A stretch of 64,000 bases of DNA from an uncultured Clostridia bacterium. GTDB taxonomy: Bacteria; Bacillota; Clostridia; Oscillospirales; Acutalibacteraceae. Below are positions 1 through 9,891 of the stretch, one piece after another. Both the position numbers and the translations under genes were made by a program. Position 1 is the stretch's first letter. Each line of letters opens with the position of its first letter. The stretch lies in assembly GCA_944384905.1 (NCBI GenBank), contig CALWVE010000024.1, positions 11,415 through 75,414 of the forward strand. The letters are read 5' to 3'. A model generated the notes under the pieces. That model ran no database searches, was not told the DNA's origin, and was given only the letters and a program-made list of their open reading frames with translations.

Positions 1-2027
1 CGTTGGGTATGTTTGCGGTTGTATTTGAACAGAGCGCTGTATCGAAAATCGGCGATGTAAACCTTGCGCTCATGTACAAAACACAGGTGGATAAATCTGC
101 GCTGCCGGAAGGGACAGAAAAGATCTGGGCGGTTAATCTGAGCAGAATTCCGGATGAATATTCTCTGGCACAGATAGAGATGGATTTCTACGAAAAAATC
201 GATAAGCAGGCCAGCCCTGTTGGCGTAGTGGATGGCAGCAAGGATACCGGTTCCTTTACCGATGACCCGCTTACCATCAATTCCGGCGATGCCGGAGGAC
301 GACTCCATTATCGAATTATGATTGCCGATTATGCGGGCAAAACGGAAATCACAGTTACCGATACGTTACCGGCAGGCGCCGAATTGCTAACCGATTCCGT
401 AACGCTGCGCCGGCATCCCGAGAGCTGGAATACTTTCACCGATGAAACGCAGGATTCCTACTATTTGCAGCAGGTTCATACGCAGAAAAATCCGGATGGT
501 ACCACAACCGTAACCTTCCTTATCGGACATTTAAACGATCTGAACAACGATCCGATCGGAATCTACTACGATGTTTCTATTGAAAATGATCCGGATTTAA
601 CGGAAGGTGGCCAGAAAACCTATGTGAACACGGCTTCTTGGGATGGCAATTCGGATAGCACAACCACAACGGTTGAACGCCGTCTGCCGCATCTGGAAAA
701 GAGTGGTGAACACCTATCGGATGATGATATCCTGCGGTACTATGTGGTGATTAACCCGGAAGGTGATCGTCTGAATCCTTACGACGAGAACCTGACGCTT
801 GAGGATACGCTTACCATTCCGGCGGGCAGTGAAGCAGATTTCCGCCCGAACAGTGTGCAGCTTTTCCAATACGATCCGGATGCTTCGGAAAATCATTTCT
901 GCGGAATCGAAATTGATCCTTCGCAGTACAAAGTTGAATACAACGAGGAAACGCACACCACGATCTTTACGTTGCCGGATGCCACCCCGTGTGTGCTGGT
1001 TTACGAATATGAGCTCTATCGTGGAACAGCGGCCGGAGAGCTTCCCGTATCCAATGTGGCAAAGTTAAGCGGAGAGGGCGAGTATTCTTCCGAAGACGGG
1101 ATGATTATCGAAGAAGAGCAGTCTTCCGCTACGGTCAATAAAGCCACCATTACCATTTATAAATACGAGACCGGCAACCTGACTAAACTGCTGCCCGGCG
1201 CCAGATTTAAATTGCAGCGCTACGAAAAGCAGACAGACGGAAGTTATCTTTGGAATTCTACATCCATTACCAGCCATGAAAACGGCGAGTTTGTTGTGGG
1301 TGAAGACGGTTCCATCGTTTTAAGCTTCCTGACTGAAGAACAGGGCGGCGGATCTATGTATAACACGCTCTATCGTATTCAGGAAGTAGCAGCACCGGCA
1401 GGACATATCAGCACAAGTGAGCTTTATTACTTCGTGTGGATGCAGGAAGGAGAGAACGAAGCGTCTACAATCGATGAGATGACACAATCCGGCGCTTTGG
1501 GGGATGTAAATCCCGAGCAGGTAGAGTTTATTACATTCTCTGCATCCCATGCGCTGTATGTTCCCAATGATCCGGATCAACTTACTGTAACAAAGGTTTG
1601 GCGGAATGATGTTGGCGAGATTTTGCTTAATCCGTCTGTAGACCGTGTTACCGTAACGCTGTATCAATGGACGCAGGACGGGCAAAAAACAGCCTATGGC
1701 GAAGCCGTAGAACTGACTGCGGATAACGACTGGTCTTATACCTGGGAAAGTCTTCCCAAAACAGATCCATCCGGCGGTTCCTACAAATATACGGTAGAAG
1801 AAACGCCCGTTCCCGGATTTGAAACCACGTATTCATCCAATAACGATGAAGGTATACAAATTGGGACTATAGAAATCGCCAATACCCAAACAGGGTATGT
1901 GCTGCCGGAAACCGGCGGAAGAGGAACCTTCCATTTGATGGCTGTGGGGCTTCTTCTGGTAGTTACATTTGGCGTAGGTTACGGATTCCTGCGGCGCAGG
2001 TGCCGAAAGGAGGGAGCGACCCTCTAG
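1..2027 (+). CDS. LPXTG-anchored pilus-associated adhesin (putative tip pilin), 5' end cut by window edge
   Basis: The frame is open from the window start. The C-terminal sorting signal is LPETGG, a hydrophobic helix and an RRRCRK tail. It has a Cna-B-like module (VTKVWRND...YKYTVEETPVPGFET) and a SpaA/prealbumin-like module (TITIYKYETGN...GARFKLQRYE). It is the first gene of a pilin-sortase cluster. Confidence 0.85.
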   Translation, partial: LGMFAVVFEQSAVSKIGDVNLALMYKTQVDKSALPEGTEKIWAVNLSRIPDEYSLAQIEMDFYEKIDKQASPVGVVDGSKDTGSFTDDPLTINSGDAGGRLHYRIMIADYAGKTEITVTDTLPAGAELLTDSVTLRRHPESWNTFTDETQDSYYLQQVHTQKNPDGTTTVTFLIGHLNDLNNDPIGIYYDVSIENDPDLTEGGQKTYVNTASWDGNSDSTTTTVERRLPHLEKSGEHLSDDDILRYYVVINPEGDRLNPYDENLTLEDTLTIPAGSEADFRPNSVQLFQYDPDASENHFCGIEIDPSQYKVEYNEETHTTIFTLPDATPCVLVYEYELYRGTAAGELPVSNVAKLSGEGEYSSEDGMIIEEEQSSATVNKATITIYKYETGNLTKLLPGARFKLQRYEKQTDGSYLWNSTSITSHENGEFVVGEDGSIVLSFLTEEQGGGSMYNTLYRIQEVAAPAGHISTSELYYFVWMQEGENEASTIDEMTQSGALGDVNPEQVEFITFSASHALYVPNDPDQLTVTKVWRNDVGEILLNPSVDRVTVTLYQWTQDGQKTAYGEAVELTADNDWSYTWESLPKTDPSGGSYKYTVEETPVPGFETTYSSNNDEGIQIGTIEIANTQTGYVLPETGGRGTFHLMAVGLLLVVTFGVGYGFLRRRCRKEGATL

Positions 2028-2076
2028 TCTATTACTCTTAAATTCGATCCACATATTTAAAAGGAGGAAATAATCC

Positions 2077-3612
2077 ATGAAGAAACTCAAAACATTGTCG
2101 GCCGTTCTGGTATCGATGGCTATTGTGTTGATGATGGCCGTTCCTGTATGGGCCGCGGGCGGGTATTCAATCTCGATCACCAACGATAAAGAAGGCCATA
2201 CATACGAGGCTTATCAGATTTTTACCGGTGATCTTAATGAGGGTGTGCTCTCCAATGTCCAGTGGGGCAGCGGTGTGAATGGGACTGCGCTTCTTGCGGC
2301 GTTGAAAATTGCCGATGCCGAAAAATACGGGACTTGCAAAACAGCCGCGGATGTATCTCTGGCTTTGGGCGCAGAAGGTGCTTCGGCAACAGATGCAGAG
2401 GCTTTTGCTGAAGTAGCCGCACAGCATCTTACTTCGCCGGCCGGTACTGCCAGTACACCGGTAGAAGGCAAATACACGATTTCCGGTTTGGACGCCGGTT
2501 ACTATCTGGTGAAAGATCAGGACGACAGTCTTGAAGGCCAAGACGATAGCTATACCGGATATATTGTTCAGGTGTTGGATAATGTAGAAATGGCGCCTAA
2601 ATCCGATGTGATTACTTCTGAGAAAAAAGTGAAGGATATCAATGACACGACGGATACGGCGCACGGAGGCTGGGTAGATACAGCCGACCACGACATCGGC
2701 GACTCTATTCCTTTCCAGCTGAAAGCAACGCTGCCCGGTAACTATGCGGATTACGAAAACTATGCTTTGACTTTCCATGATACGGAAAGCACGGGACTTA
2801 CTTTCCAGGAAGGCTCTGTAAAAGTCTACATCGATGGCAAGCTTACCAGCGACGGGTATACGGTTGTTACCGAAGGACTTTCTGATGGCTATACTTTTGA
2901 AGTGCGTTTTGCCGATCTTAAAACCGTAACGGCTGATGATACCACGACCAAAGCCCAAAATGGCAGTGTGATTACGGTGGAATATGAATCCGTCCTCAAT
3001 GAGAGCGCTGTAATCGGAAAGCCGGGCAACCCCAACGAAATGCAGATTACGTTCTCCAACAACCCCAATGGTGAAGGCACCGGTAAAACGCCTGTGGATA
3101 CGGTTATCGTATTTACTTATAAAGTTGTTGTAGATAAGGTCGACCAGGATCAGGCTCCTTTGGCCGGCGCAGAATTTACGCTGGAAAAAGAGATCAAAGG
3201 CGAGCCCAATACTTGGGAAACGGTGAAAGTTCTTGGTACAGAAGGCGGTTTGACCACTTTCTCGTTTGAGGGTTTGGACGACGGTAATTACAGATTGACC
3301 GAAACCAAGACCCCTGCGGGCTATAATACCATCGATCCCATTACCTTTACTGTAACGGCTACACACGATGATGCATCCCTTACCCTTACCAATCTTTCTG
3401 GTAATGCTCAAACCGGTGAGATTACGTTTACGCCTGTTGTAGATGACGGTTTGCTGTCTGCAACGGTTATCAACAATCGAGGCGCTACGCTTCCCGAAAC
3501 CGGCGGCATGGGTACGACGATCTTCTATGTGCTGGGCGGCATGCTGGTGCTCAGCGCAGGTATTCTGCTGGTTGTTAGAATCCGCATGAAAGCCGAAGAT
3601 GCCGGCAAGTAA
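2077..3612 (+). CDS. LPXTG-anchored major (backbone) pilin, isopeptide-forming SpaH/EbpB-like
   Basis: RBS aaaaggagg precedes the start and a signal peptide is present. The N-terminal HTYEAYQIFTGD motif is typical of backbone pilins. It has a pilin-motif-like lysine segment (VEMAPKSD...EKKVKD), an E-box-like YRLTETKTPAGYN, and a C-terminal LPETGG, TM helix and basic tail. Confidence 0.85.
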   Translation: MKKLKTLSAVLVSMAIVLMMAVPVWAAGGYSISITNDKEGHTYEAYQIFTGDLNEGVLSNVQWGSGVNGTALLAALKIADAEKYGTCKTAADVSLALGAEGASATDAEAFAEVAAQHLTSPAGTASTPVEGKYTISGLDAGYYLVKDQDDSLEGQDDSYTGYIVQVLDNVEMAPKSDVITSEKKVKDINDTTDTAHGGWVDTADHDIGDSIPFQLKATLPGNYADYENYALTFHDTESTGLTFQEGSVKVYIDGKLTSDGYTVVTEGLSDGYTFEVRFADLKTVTADDTTTKAQNGSVITVEYESVLNESAVIGKPGNPNEMQITFSNNPNGEGTGKTPVDTVIVFTYKVVVDKVDQDQAPLAGAEFTLEKEIKGEPNTWETVKVLGTEGGLTTFSFEGLDDGNYRLTETKTPAGYNTIDPITFTVTATHDDASLTLTNLSGNAQTGEITFTPVVDDGLLSATVINNRGATLPETGGMGTTIFYVLGGMLVLSAGILLVVRIRMKAEDAGK

Positions 3613-3644
3613 GCGTTCGATGGACTTTTTGCATACTGTTATGG

Positions 3645-3672
3645 CCGGGAGAGGTACTCCCTCTCCCGGTTT
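3645..3672 (+). terminator. Stem-loop between major pilin and sortase C (partial terminator/attenuator)
   Basis: A 10-bp perfect stem (ccgggagagg / cctctcccgg) with a 5-nt loop is followed by ttt. The short T-run suggests a leaky terminator that would give pilin-over-sortase expression. Confidence 0.45.
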
Positions 3673-3693
3673 CAGCGGTAAGGAGAGTCTTGT

Positions 3694-4542
3694 ATGAAGA
3701 ATAAAGCAAAGAAAAGCAATCATAAAATATTTGTCATTTTAATCGTGATCCTTCTTACAGGACTGTCCCTAATGCTGTATCCGATTGTCAGCGAATATTG
3801 GAATTCGCTCCACCAGTCCCGCGTGATCGCAACCTATATGGAAACCGTAGCTGAATTGGATAATGATTCCTACGATGTTTTGTGGAAAGAAGCGCAGGCG
3901 TATAATGATTCGCTGCCAAGAACTCGGGATCGCTTCCAGCCCGATGAAGAAGAAACGGCAATTTATGAGCAAATACTGAATGTGTCGGGGCAAGGAATCA
4001 TGGGGTATGTGGAGATCCCCAGTATTGATGTGATGCTTCCGATTTATCACGGAACCGACGAGGAAATTTTGCAGGTGGCCATTGGCCATATAGAAGGAAG
4101 TTCGCTTCCTGTAGGGGGAGAGAGTACGCATTGTATTATTTCCGGACACCGTGGACTGCCTTCTTCTAAGCTGTTTACCGATTTGGACCAGCTGACAGAG
4201 GGAGATATCTTTATTTTAAAAGTGCTGGATGAAACGTTGACTTACGAGGTCGATCAGATCCGCATCGTTGAGCCGGATGATATTTCTCTTTTAGAGATTG
4301 AAGAAGGAAAAGACCTTTGTACGCTGGTGACCTGTACGCCATATGGCGTGAATTCTCATCGACTGCTGGTGCGGGGGCATCGCGTGGAAAATCAGGAAAG
4401 CATAAACACAACACGGATTACCGCGGATGCTTCCCTGATCAATCCCAAATGGATTGCACCGATTCTCGCAGTTCCGGTTTTACTGGTGATTTTATTGGTA
4501 ACACTGTTTCGATCGCTGAAAAAAGAGAAAGCAAAGAGGTGA
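3694..4542 (+). CDS. Class C (pilin-polymerising) sortase
   Basis: RBS taaggagag. It has an N-terminal TM, the catalytic region HCIISGHRG, the TLVTCTPYGVNSHRLLVRGHRV motif typical of class C, and a C-terminal TM anchor. Confidence 0.9.
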   Translation: MKNKAKKSNHKIFVILIVILLTGLSLMLYPIVSEYWNSLHQSRVIATYMETVAELDNDSYDVLWKEAQAYNDSLPRTRDRFQPDEEETAIYEQILNVSGQGIMGYVEIPSIDVMLPIYHGTDEEILQVAIGHIEGSSLPVGGESTHCIISGHRGLPSSKLFTDLDQLTEGDIFILKVLDETLTYEVDQIRIVEPDDISLLEIEEGKDLCTLVTCTPYGVNSHRLLVRGHRVENQESINTTRITADASLINPKWIAPILAVPVLLVILLVTLFRSLKKEKAKR

Positions 4543-4549
4543 AGAAAGG

Positions 4550-5491
4550 ATGAAAGCCAGAAAAATTTGTAAACGGGCAATGGCTTTACTGCTTTCCGTT
4601 TGGCTGGGCATATCTTGTATGTCTGCGGCCGCTTTTTCGGGCGGAAAAATCGATACCGAACGTGAAGTGTCGATGTCCGTATATTTTGGAGAAGAAGCCG
4701 GCGGCTTTTCGGACGTGAATTTTCATGTCTACTATGTGGCCGAGATGAGTGAATCGGGAGACTTTGCTTTGTCGGGGGATTTTCTGGATTATCCCGTTCG
4801 TTTTGAAAATCTGGATAGCTCCGGCTGGCGTGCCCTTGCACAAACCTTGAGTGCCTATGTGCAGAGAGATGGTTTGCGGCCATTGCGGCAGGGAAAAACC
4901 GATGCCGCCGGGTATGTATCTTTTGAAAAGCTTACGGTAGGCCTGTATCTTGTGGTGGGAGGAACGTATATCAATCAAAATACGGCCTACACGCCTGAAC
5001 CCATGCTGGTATCGTTGCCGAGTATGGGAGAAGGCGGCGAGTGGGTTTATAATACAGAACTTTTCTGTAAATATGACAGTGAAATCGTACCTAACCAAGT
5101 TGTGCGTAAGGTACAAAAAGTATGGGAAGATGACGGAAACGAGAAAAAACGTCCGCAGAATATTTCGGTTCAGCTTCTCGAAAACGGGAAAGTTGTAGAT
5201 ACGGTGGTTCTCAACCGCGATAACAATTGGGAATATACCTGGAAAAATTTAGACGGTGGTTCTGTCTGGCAGGTTGTAGAAGCGGAAACGCCGGAGGGAT
5301 ATACGGTCTCTGTTGTGCGGGAAGGCGCCGTCTTTGTGATGACCAATACGTTTCCTTCGGAAATTCCGCCCGAGCTGCCTCAAACAGGCATGCTGTGGTT
5401 CCCGGTTCCCATTCTGATCTGCGGCGGACTGCTTCTCGTGGTGGTTGGTCTGTTTATACGCCGCAGGCGAGGAAACGCACATGAAGGATAA
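4550..5491 (+). CDS. LPXTG-anchored minor/basal pilin with Cna-B domain
   Basis: It has a signal peptide, a Cna-B-like module (VQKVWEDDGNEKKRPQNISVQLLENGK...WEYTWKNL...EGYTVSV), and a C-terminal LPQTG, hydrophobic helix and RRRRG tail. Confidence 0.8.
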   Translation: MKARKICKRAMALLLSVWLGISCMSAAAFSGGKIDTEREVSMSVYFGEEAGGFSDVNFHVYYVAEMSESGDFALSGDFLDYPVRFENLDSSGWRALAQTLSAYVQRDGLRPLRQGKTDAAGYVSFEKLTVGLYLVVGGTYINQNTAYTPEPMLVSLPSMGEGGEWVYNTELFCKYDSEIVPNQVVRKVQKVWEDDGNEKKRPQNISVQLLENGKVVDTVVLNRDNNWEYTWKNLDGGSVWQVVEAETPEGYTVSVVREGAVFVMTNTFPSEIPPELPQTGMLWFPVPILICGGLLLVVVGLFIRRRRGNAHEG

Positions 5492-6122
5492 AAGACAAAA
5501 AGTTGGAGGAGGATTTATAGCTGTCGGGATTCTGATGCTTGCAGCAGCGGTTTTGCTGGGCGGCTATAATCTGTATGATGAATACAGGGCAGGCAAATCT
5601 GCCGGCGCTGTACTGGAAGAACTTTGGCAGCAAATACCGGCTGTAAAAACGCCTGAAGAAACCTCTGCTCAGGAAGTTTATTTGCCCGATGATTCGCAGC
5701 TTCCCGATTACAGCGTGAATCCGGATATGGAAATGCCCGAAAAAGAGATTGCGGGGGACTATTATATCGGCGTTCTGGAAATTCCTTCTTTGGGAATTTC
5801 TCTGCCGGTGATCGGCGAATGGGATTATGACGCTTTACAGATTGCTCCTTGCCGTTACAGCGGTTCGGCTTATACGGGAAATCTGGTGATTGCCGCGCAT
5901 AATTATCAGACTCATTTTGGACGGATCAAAACGCTTTCGTCGGGAGATCAGATGATTTTTACCGATGTAAAAGGCCGCAGTTTTCTTTATGAAGTGGCTG
6001 CGGTAGAAACGATCCAATCAACGGCTGTGGAAGAAGTGTTGAACGAAGAATGGGATCTAACGCTTTTTACCTGTACAATAGATGGATTTGAACGTGTGGC
6101 TGTCCATTGCTTAAAATCATAA
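5481..6122 (+). CDS. Second sortase-family transpeptidase (class not assigned)
   Basis: The start was chosen at MKDKRQK (ATG 5481), overlapping the pilin gene end. It has an N-terminal TM, the AAHNY histidine region and the LTLFTCT cysteine motif. It lacks the class C TLVTCTPYG signature. Confidence 0.8.
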   Translation: MKDKRQKVGGGFIAVGILMLAAAVLLGGYNLYDEYRAGKSAGAVLEELWQQIPAVKTPEETSAQEVYLPDDSQLPDYSVNPDMEMPEKEIAGDYYIGVLEIPSLGISLPVIGEWDYDALQIAPCRYSGSAYTGNLVIAAHNYQTHFGRIKTLSSGDQMIFTDVKGRSFLYEVAAVETIQSTAVEEVLNEEWDLTLFTCTIDGFERVAVHCLKS

Positions 6123-6126
6123 AGAC

Positions 6127-6177
6127 ACCATTGGAATCTATTCCGAAAGGAACAAGAATCCAATGGTATTTTTTTTT
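6127..6177 (+). terminator. Rho-independent terminator closing the pilus locus
   Basis: Stem accattgg...ccaatggt with extensions, followed by a run of 9 T. Confidence 0.7.
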
Positions 6178-6265
6178 GAAAGACGGATGATTCCTGCCTT
6201 GAAAAACAAATCGTTTTGCTATACTATAAAAAAGCGAAAAAACTCCCAAAGAAAGAGGCTTTCAT

Positions 6266-7657
6266 ATGGCAAATTCAAAAATGAAAATGATTCAGACCGT
6301 TCCCGCTAAAAATATCTTTTTTGCGGAAAAGACCGTGAAAATGGAAAACACCCCGGAAAGCTGCGAAAACGCGGTTATCAATGTTTTTGATGACGTGGTG
6401 TATCAGAGCGTGCTGGGATTCGGCGGCGCATTTACTGAATCGGCCGGCTATAACTATTCCCTGATGGATGAAAAAACCAAGCAGGAATTTATTCAGCTGT
6501 ATTTTGATCCGGAAAAGGGTATCGCCTACAACTTTGGCCGGGCGCATATCAATTCCTGCGATTTTTCGCTGGATATTTACGATTATGTTGAGAAAGGCGA
6601 CAAAACGCTGGAGACATTCTCGATTGAACGCGACAAAAAATATATCATCCCGCTGATCCGCGACGCAATGAAGGCCTGCTCCGACGAGTTGGTGCTGTTT
6701 GCGTCTCCCTGGAGCCCGCCGGCTTATATGAAGGACAACCACAATATGACGGGCGGCGGAAGCCTGCTGGAAGAATACAAGAAAGTCTGGGCGCTCTATT
6801 ACGCCAAGTATATCAAGGCCTACGCACAGGAAGGTATTAAAATTTCCGCGATCAGCATCCAGAACGAGCCGATTGCCAAACAGACCTGGGAAAGCTGTTA
6901 CTATACGCCCGAAGACGAAAAGACGTTCATCCGCGATTATCTGATTCCGGTCCTCGACGAAGAAGGTCTTTCGGATATCAAGCTGATTATCTGGGATCAC
7001 AACAAAGAGCGTGTCTACGATCGCGCCAAACATATTTTGAGCGATGAAACCGTCAACAACCGCGTGTGGGCCGTGGGTCATCACTGGTACAGCGGCGATC
7101 ATTTTGACGGTCTGCGCCTGGTGCATGAGCAGCTGCGTAAGCCGCTGATCTGCACGGAATTCTGCGCCACGCTGGAAACGCTGCTGCCCGAAGATACGAT
7201 TCCGGTTGCCGAGCGGTACGCCGTAGAGATGTGCGAGAACTTCAACAACTATGAAATCGCGTCCTGCGACTGGAATATTTTGCTCAGCCAGAACGGCGGC
7301 CCGTATCATAACCGCACCAAAGCTTCCACCGCCGCAAAAGGTGTTGTGTACGATGTAACCGAGGGCGGCTGCCTCGCACCGATTCTCTATCATCAGGCGG
7401 AAAAGCGGATGGTTGTCACGCCGTTGTATTATTACATCGGGCATTTTTCCAAGTTCGTCCGCAGAGGCGCTAAGCGCATTGCCGTTACTAAATACACCGA
7501 TCAGCTGCATGTTTGTGCTTTTGTGAATCCCGACGGAAGCAAAGTTGTGATCGTGATCAATGTGTCTGATCTGGATTTGCCGGCGGTCATCCGTTATCAT
7601 GGCGGCTGCACGGAAGTGAAGACGAAAGCTCATTCCATTGCTACGCTGATTTTTTAA
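6266..7657 (+). CDS. Glycoside hydrolase family 30 (glucosylceramidase/beta-glycosidase-like), cytoplasmic
   Basis: GFGGAFTESAGYNY N-terminal motif, ISIQNEP acid/base-region motif and a TEFC nucleophile-region motif. No signal peptide. Confidence 0.85.
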   Translation: MANSKMKMIQTVPAKNIFFAEKTVKMENTPESCENAVINVFDDVVYQSVLGFGGAFTESAGYNYSLMDEKTKQEFIQLYFDPEKGIAYNFGRAHINSCDFSLDIYDYVEKGDKTLETFSIERDKKYIIPLIRDAMKACSDELVLFASPWSPPAYMKDNHNMTGGGSLLEEYKKVWALYYAKYIKAYAQEGIKISAISIQNEPIAKQTWESCYYTPEDEKTFIRDYLIPVLDEEGLSDIKLIIWDHNKERVYDRAKHILSDETVNNRVWAVGHHWYSGDHFDGLRLVHEQLRKPLICTEFCATLETLLPEDTIPVAERYAVEMCENFNNYEIASCDWNILLSQNGGPYHNRTKASTAAKGVVYDVTEGGCLAPILYHQAEKRMVVTPLYYYIGHFSKFVRRGAKRIAVTKYTDQLHVCAFVNPDGSKVVIVINVSDLDLPAVIRYHGGCTEVKTKAHSIATLIF

Positions 7658-7770
7658 AAAAATTTTTAAAATAGCAAAACCTTTTTTTCATATGATCCTG
7701 TCTAAGTTATGAAAGCAAGGGAAATGAAGGAAATTCGCCTTGCGATATTTAAAAAGGAAGGGTTCTGGTT

Positions 7771-9786
7771 ATGAAAAAATGTGTTCGATGGATGTCAATT
7801 GTAAGCTGGTTGCTTTCGCTTTGTCTTGTGCTGACAAGCTGTGCGTTACCGTACGATACGGAAACACTGCGTAAAATTTTGGGGAATTTGCAGGGATCAG
7901 GCGAGCAAACGTCCGGTACGACCGATTCAACGCCTGTTTCTATTCCCCAGCAGCAGGAGAACGCGCCCGAAGACAGCTGGGCAATTTACTGGTATCTGTG
8001 CGGCAGCGACTTGGAATCCGAAGGTGGTGCAGCAACGGCAGATCTTCAGGAAATGCTGAAAGTTACGCTGCCCGAAAATGTTCAGGTCGTCGTCCAGACC
8101 GGCGGCGCGGCCGTATGGCAAAACGATGAGGTTAGCGCGAATGCTTTAGGCCGATATGTGTATAACAGCGAAGGCTTTACAAAAGTAGACGAACAGCCGC
8201 TTGCCAATATGGGCAGTAAAGATACGTTGGCAGATTTCCTTCGTTTCTGCTCACAAAACTATCCGGCCGAACATACCGCAGTCATCTTCTGGAACCATGG
8301 CGGCGATTTCTCTACCGTGGCATTTGATGAAATTTATGGGTATGATTCGCTGACTCTCTATGAAATGCAGCAGGCTTTCGGCGAAGTCTATCAGCTTTCG
8401 GCTGAAAACCCGCCGTTTGAAATGGTAGGTTTTGATGCTTGTTTTCTGGGAACCGTTGATGCAGCCCGGGTATTTGCTCCGATTGCGCGCTATATGGTCG
8501 CCAGCGAAGAAACCGAACCAGGATGCGGATGGAATTATACCGGCTGGCTGGGCGAATTGGCAGAAGATCCCGAAATGAATGGCGATGAGCTTGGGGTTGT
8601 TATTTGCGATACCTATCAGCAGGGCTGTGAAGCCTATAATGTTGGAGATGAAATTACACTTTCGGTTGTGGATTTACAGAAGATTTCTCCGTTGCTGAAC
8701 GCTTATGAAAGCTTAGGGCAGGAAGCCTTGTATCAGGCTTGCCAGAATACGCAATTTTTCTCGGTATTTGCTCAAAGGGCAATGGGTTCCGACCGATATG
8801 GTAACTTTGATGAGAGCGGATTTATGATCGATCTGGGCGATCTGGCTGAAAACAGCTCCGACTTGTTTTCGGAAAAATCAAGTCAGCTGATTCAGGCATT
8901 GGATCAGTGTGTTGTTTATAATGTGGCCGGTCCGCTTCATGAAGAATCATCCGGATTGTCCTGCTATTATGCCTATAAGGCAGGTTCCGAATATCTGCAG
9001 ACATATAAGCAGATCTCGGCCAGTGAAGCGTTTGAATATTTTTACACGTATCAGCTTACCGGACAATTGGGGCAGGATGGTCTTGCTTATATTCATTCCT
9101 TAGGCTTCGATGTATCTTCTCAAATCACCATTCAAAATCTGAACGATTTTCCGGTTACTATCGGAGACGATGCGTATGCTTATCTGGAATTGGGTCCGGA
9201 TATTGCCAGCACGTTGCAGGAAGTCTGTTTCGATCTGTTTTATGTTGATCCAACAGGAAAGACGATCATCGAGCTTGGCCGCGACAATAACCTGCATGCA
9301 GATTGGAGCAAAGGCCTTTTCTGGGATAATTTTACCGGATACTGGGGTGCGCTGGACGGCTATTATTGCTATATGATCCTGCAGTACTCCGGGGATGGCT
9401 ATAATGTTTATTCCGTTCCGATCTTGCTCAACGGGGAATTGTATAGCCTGCGTGTGGCCTATTTGTACGATCAGAATGGATATACCATTCTGGGCGCCCG
9501 TAAAATTTTGGATGGCAATATGCTGGATAAAAACCTGATTCAGCTTCAGCCCGGCGATGTTGTTACGACGCTCAGCTATGTGGGAACTTCGGATAATGAT
9601 TTTTACGAACAGCTCACCCAGTGGCAAACATTTACCGTAACGGAAAACACAACCTTTGCGGATAAATATATGGGCGATGGCCGTTATATGATGTGCTTTG
9701 AAATGGTTGATATTTCGGGCAATACCTACTATTCCGAATTTGTAACCTTTGATATCAAAAACGGCAAGATCTATGTCGATAAATAA
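7771..9786 (+). CDS. Clostripain-family (peptidase C11) lipoprotein
   Basis: Lipobox LVLTSC. The C11 His-Gly and Cys dyad contexts are present (IFWNHGG and VGFDACFLG), with a long C-terminal extension. Confidence 0.8.
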   Translation: MKKCVRWMSIVSWLLSLCLVLTSCALPYDTETLRKILGNLQGSGEQTSGTTDSTPVSIPQQQENAPEDSWAIYWYLCGSDLESEGGAATADLQEMLKVTLPENVQVVVQTGGAAVWQNDEVSANALGRYVYNSEGFTKVDEQPLANMGSKDTLADFLRFCSQNYPAEHTAVIFWNHGGDFSTVAFDEIYGYDSLTLYEMQQAFGEVYQLSAENPPFEMVGFDACFLGTVDAARVFAPIARYMVASEETEPGCGWNYTGWLGELAEDPEMNGDELGVVICDTYQQGCEAYNVGDEITLSVVDLQKISPLLNAYESLGQEALYQACQNTQFFSVFAQRAMGSDRYGNFDESGFMIDLGDLAENSSDLFSEKSSQLIQALDQCVVYNVAGPLHEESSGLSCYYAYKAGSEYLQTYKQISASEAFEYFYTYQLTGQLGQDGLAYIHSLGFDVSSQITIQNLNDFPVTIGDDAYAYLELGPDIASTLQEVCFDLFYVDPTGKTIIELGRDNNLHADWSKGLFWDNFTGYWGALDGYYCYMILQYSGDGYNVYSVPILLNGELYSLRVAYLYDQNGYTILGARKILDGNMLDKNLIQLQPGDVVTTLSYVGTSDNDFYEQLTQWQTFTVTENTTFADKYMGDGRYMMCFEMVDISGNTYYSEFVTFDIKNGKIYVDK

Positions 9787-9842
9787 GCTTGAATTATGCT
9801 TTCAGAAATAGAAAGGTAAAAATTTAAGCGCTTGATAAAACG

Positions 9843-9890
9843 AAAGCCTGCTGCGGCCGGATGATTCATCCGCCTGCGGCAGGCTTTTTA
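9843..9890. terminator. Bidirectional terminator between convergent genes
   Basis: Stem aaagcctgctgcgg / ctgcggcaggcttt, flanked by A-run and T-run. Confidence 0.65.
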
Positions 9891-9891
9891 T

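Noticed and set aside
2167-3723. Very long ORFs antisense to well-supported genes. Examples: 2167-3723, 6275-7633, 17388-18830, 20079-21452, 22279-23718, 28567-29553, 33973-34911, 34997-35884, 37069-38679, 41079-42428, 45008-46168, 49527-50411 and 59658-62276.
   Set aside because: Each lies opposite a gene with strong family motifs. They have Arg/Gly/His/Phe-skewed, low-complexity-looking translations, lack RBSs and recognisable motifs, and are the expected shadow frames of GC-rich third-position coding sequence.
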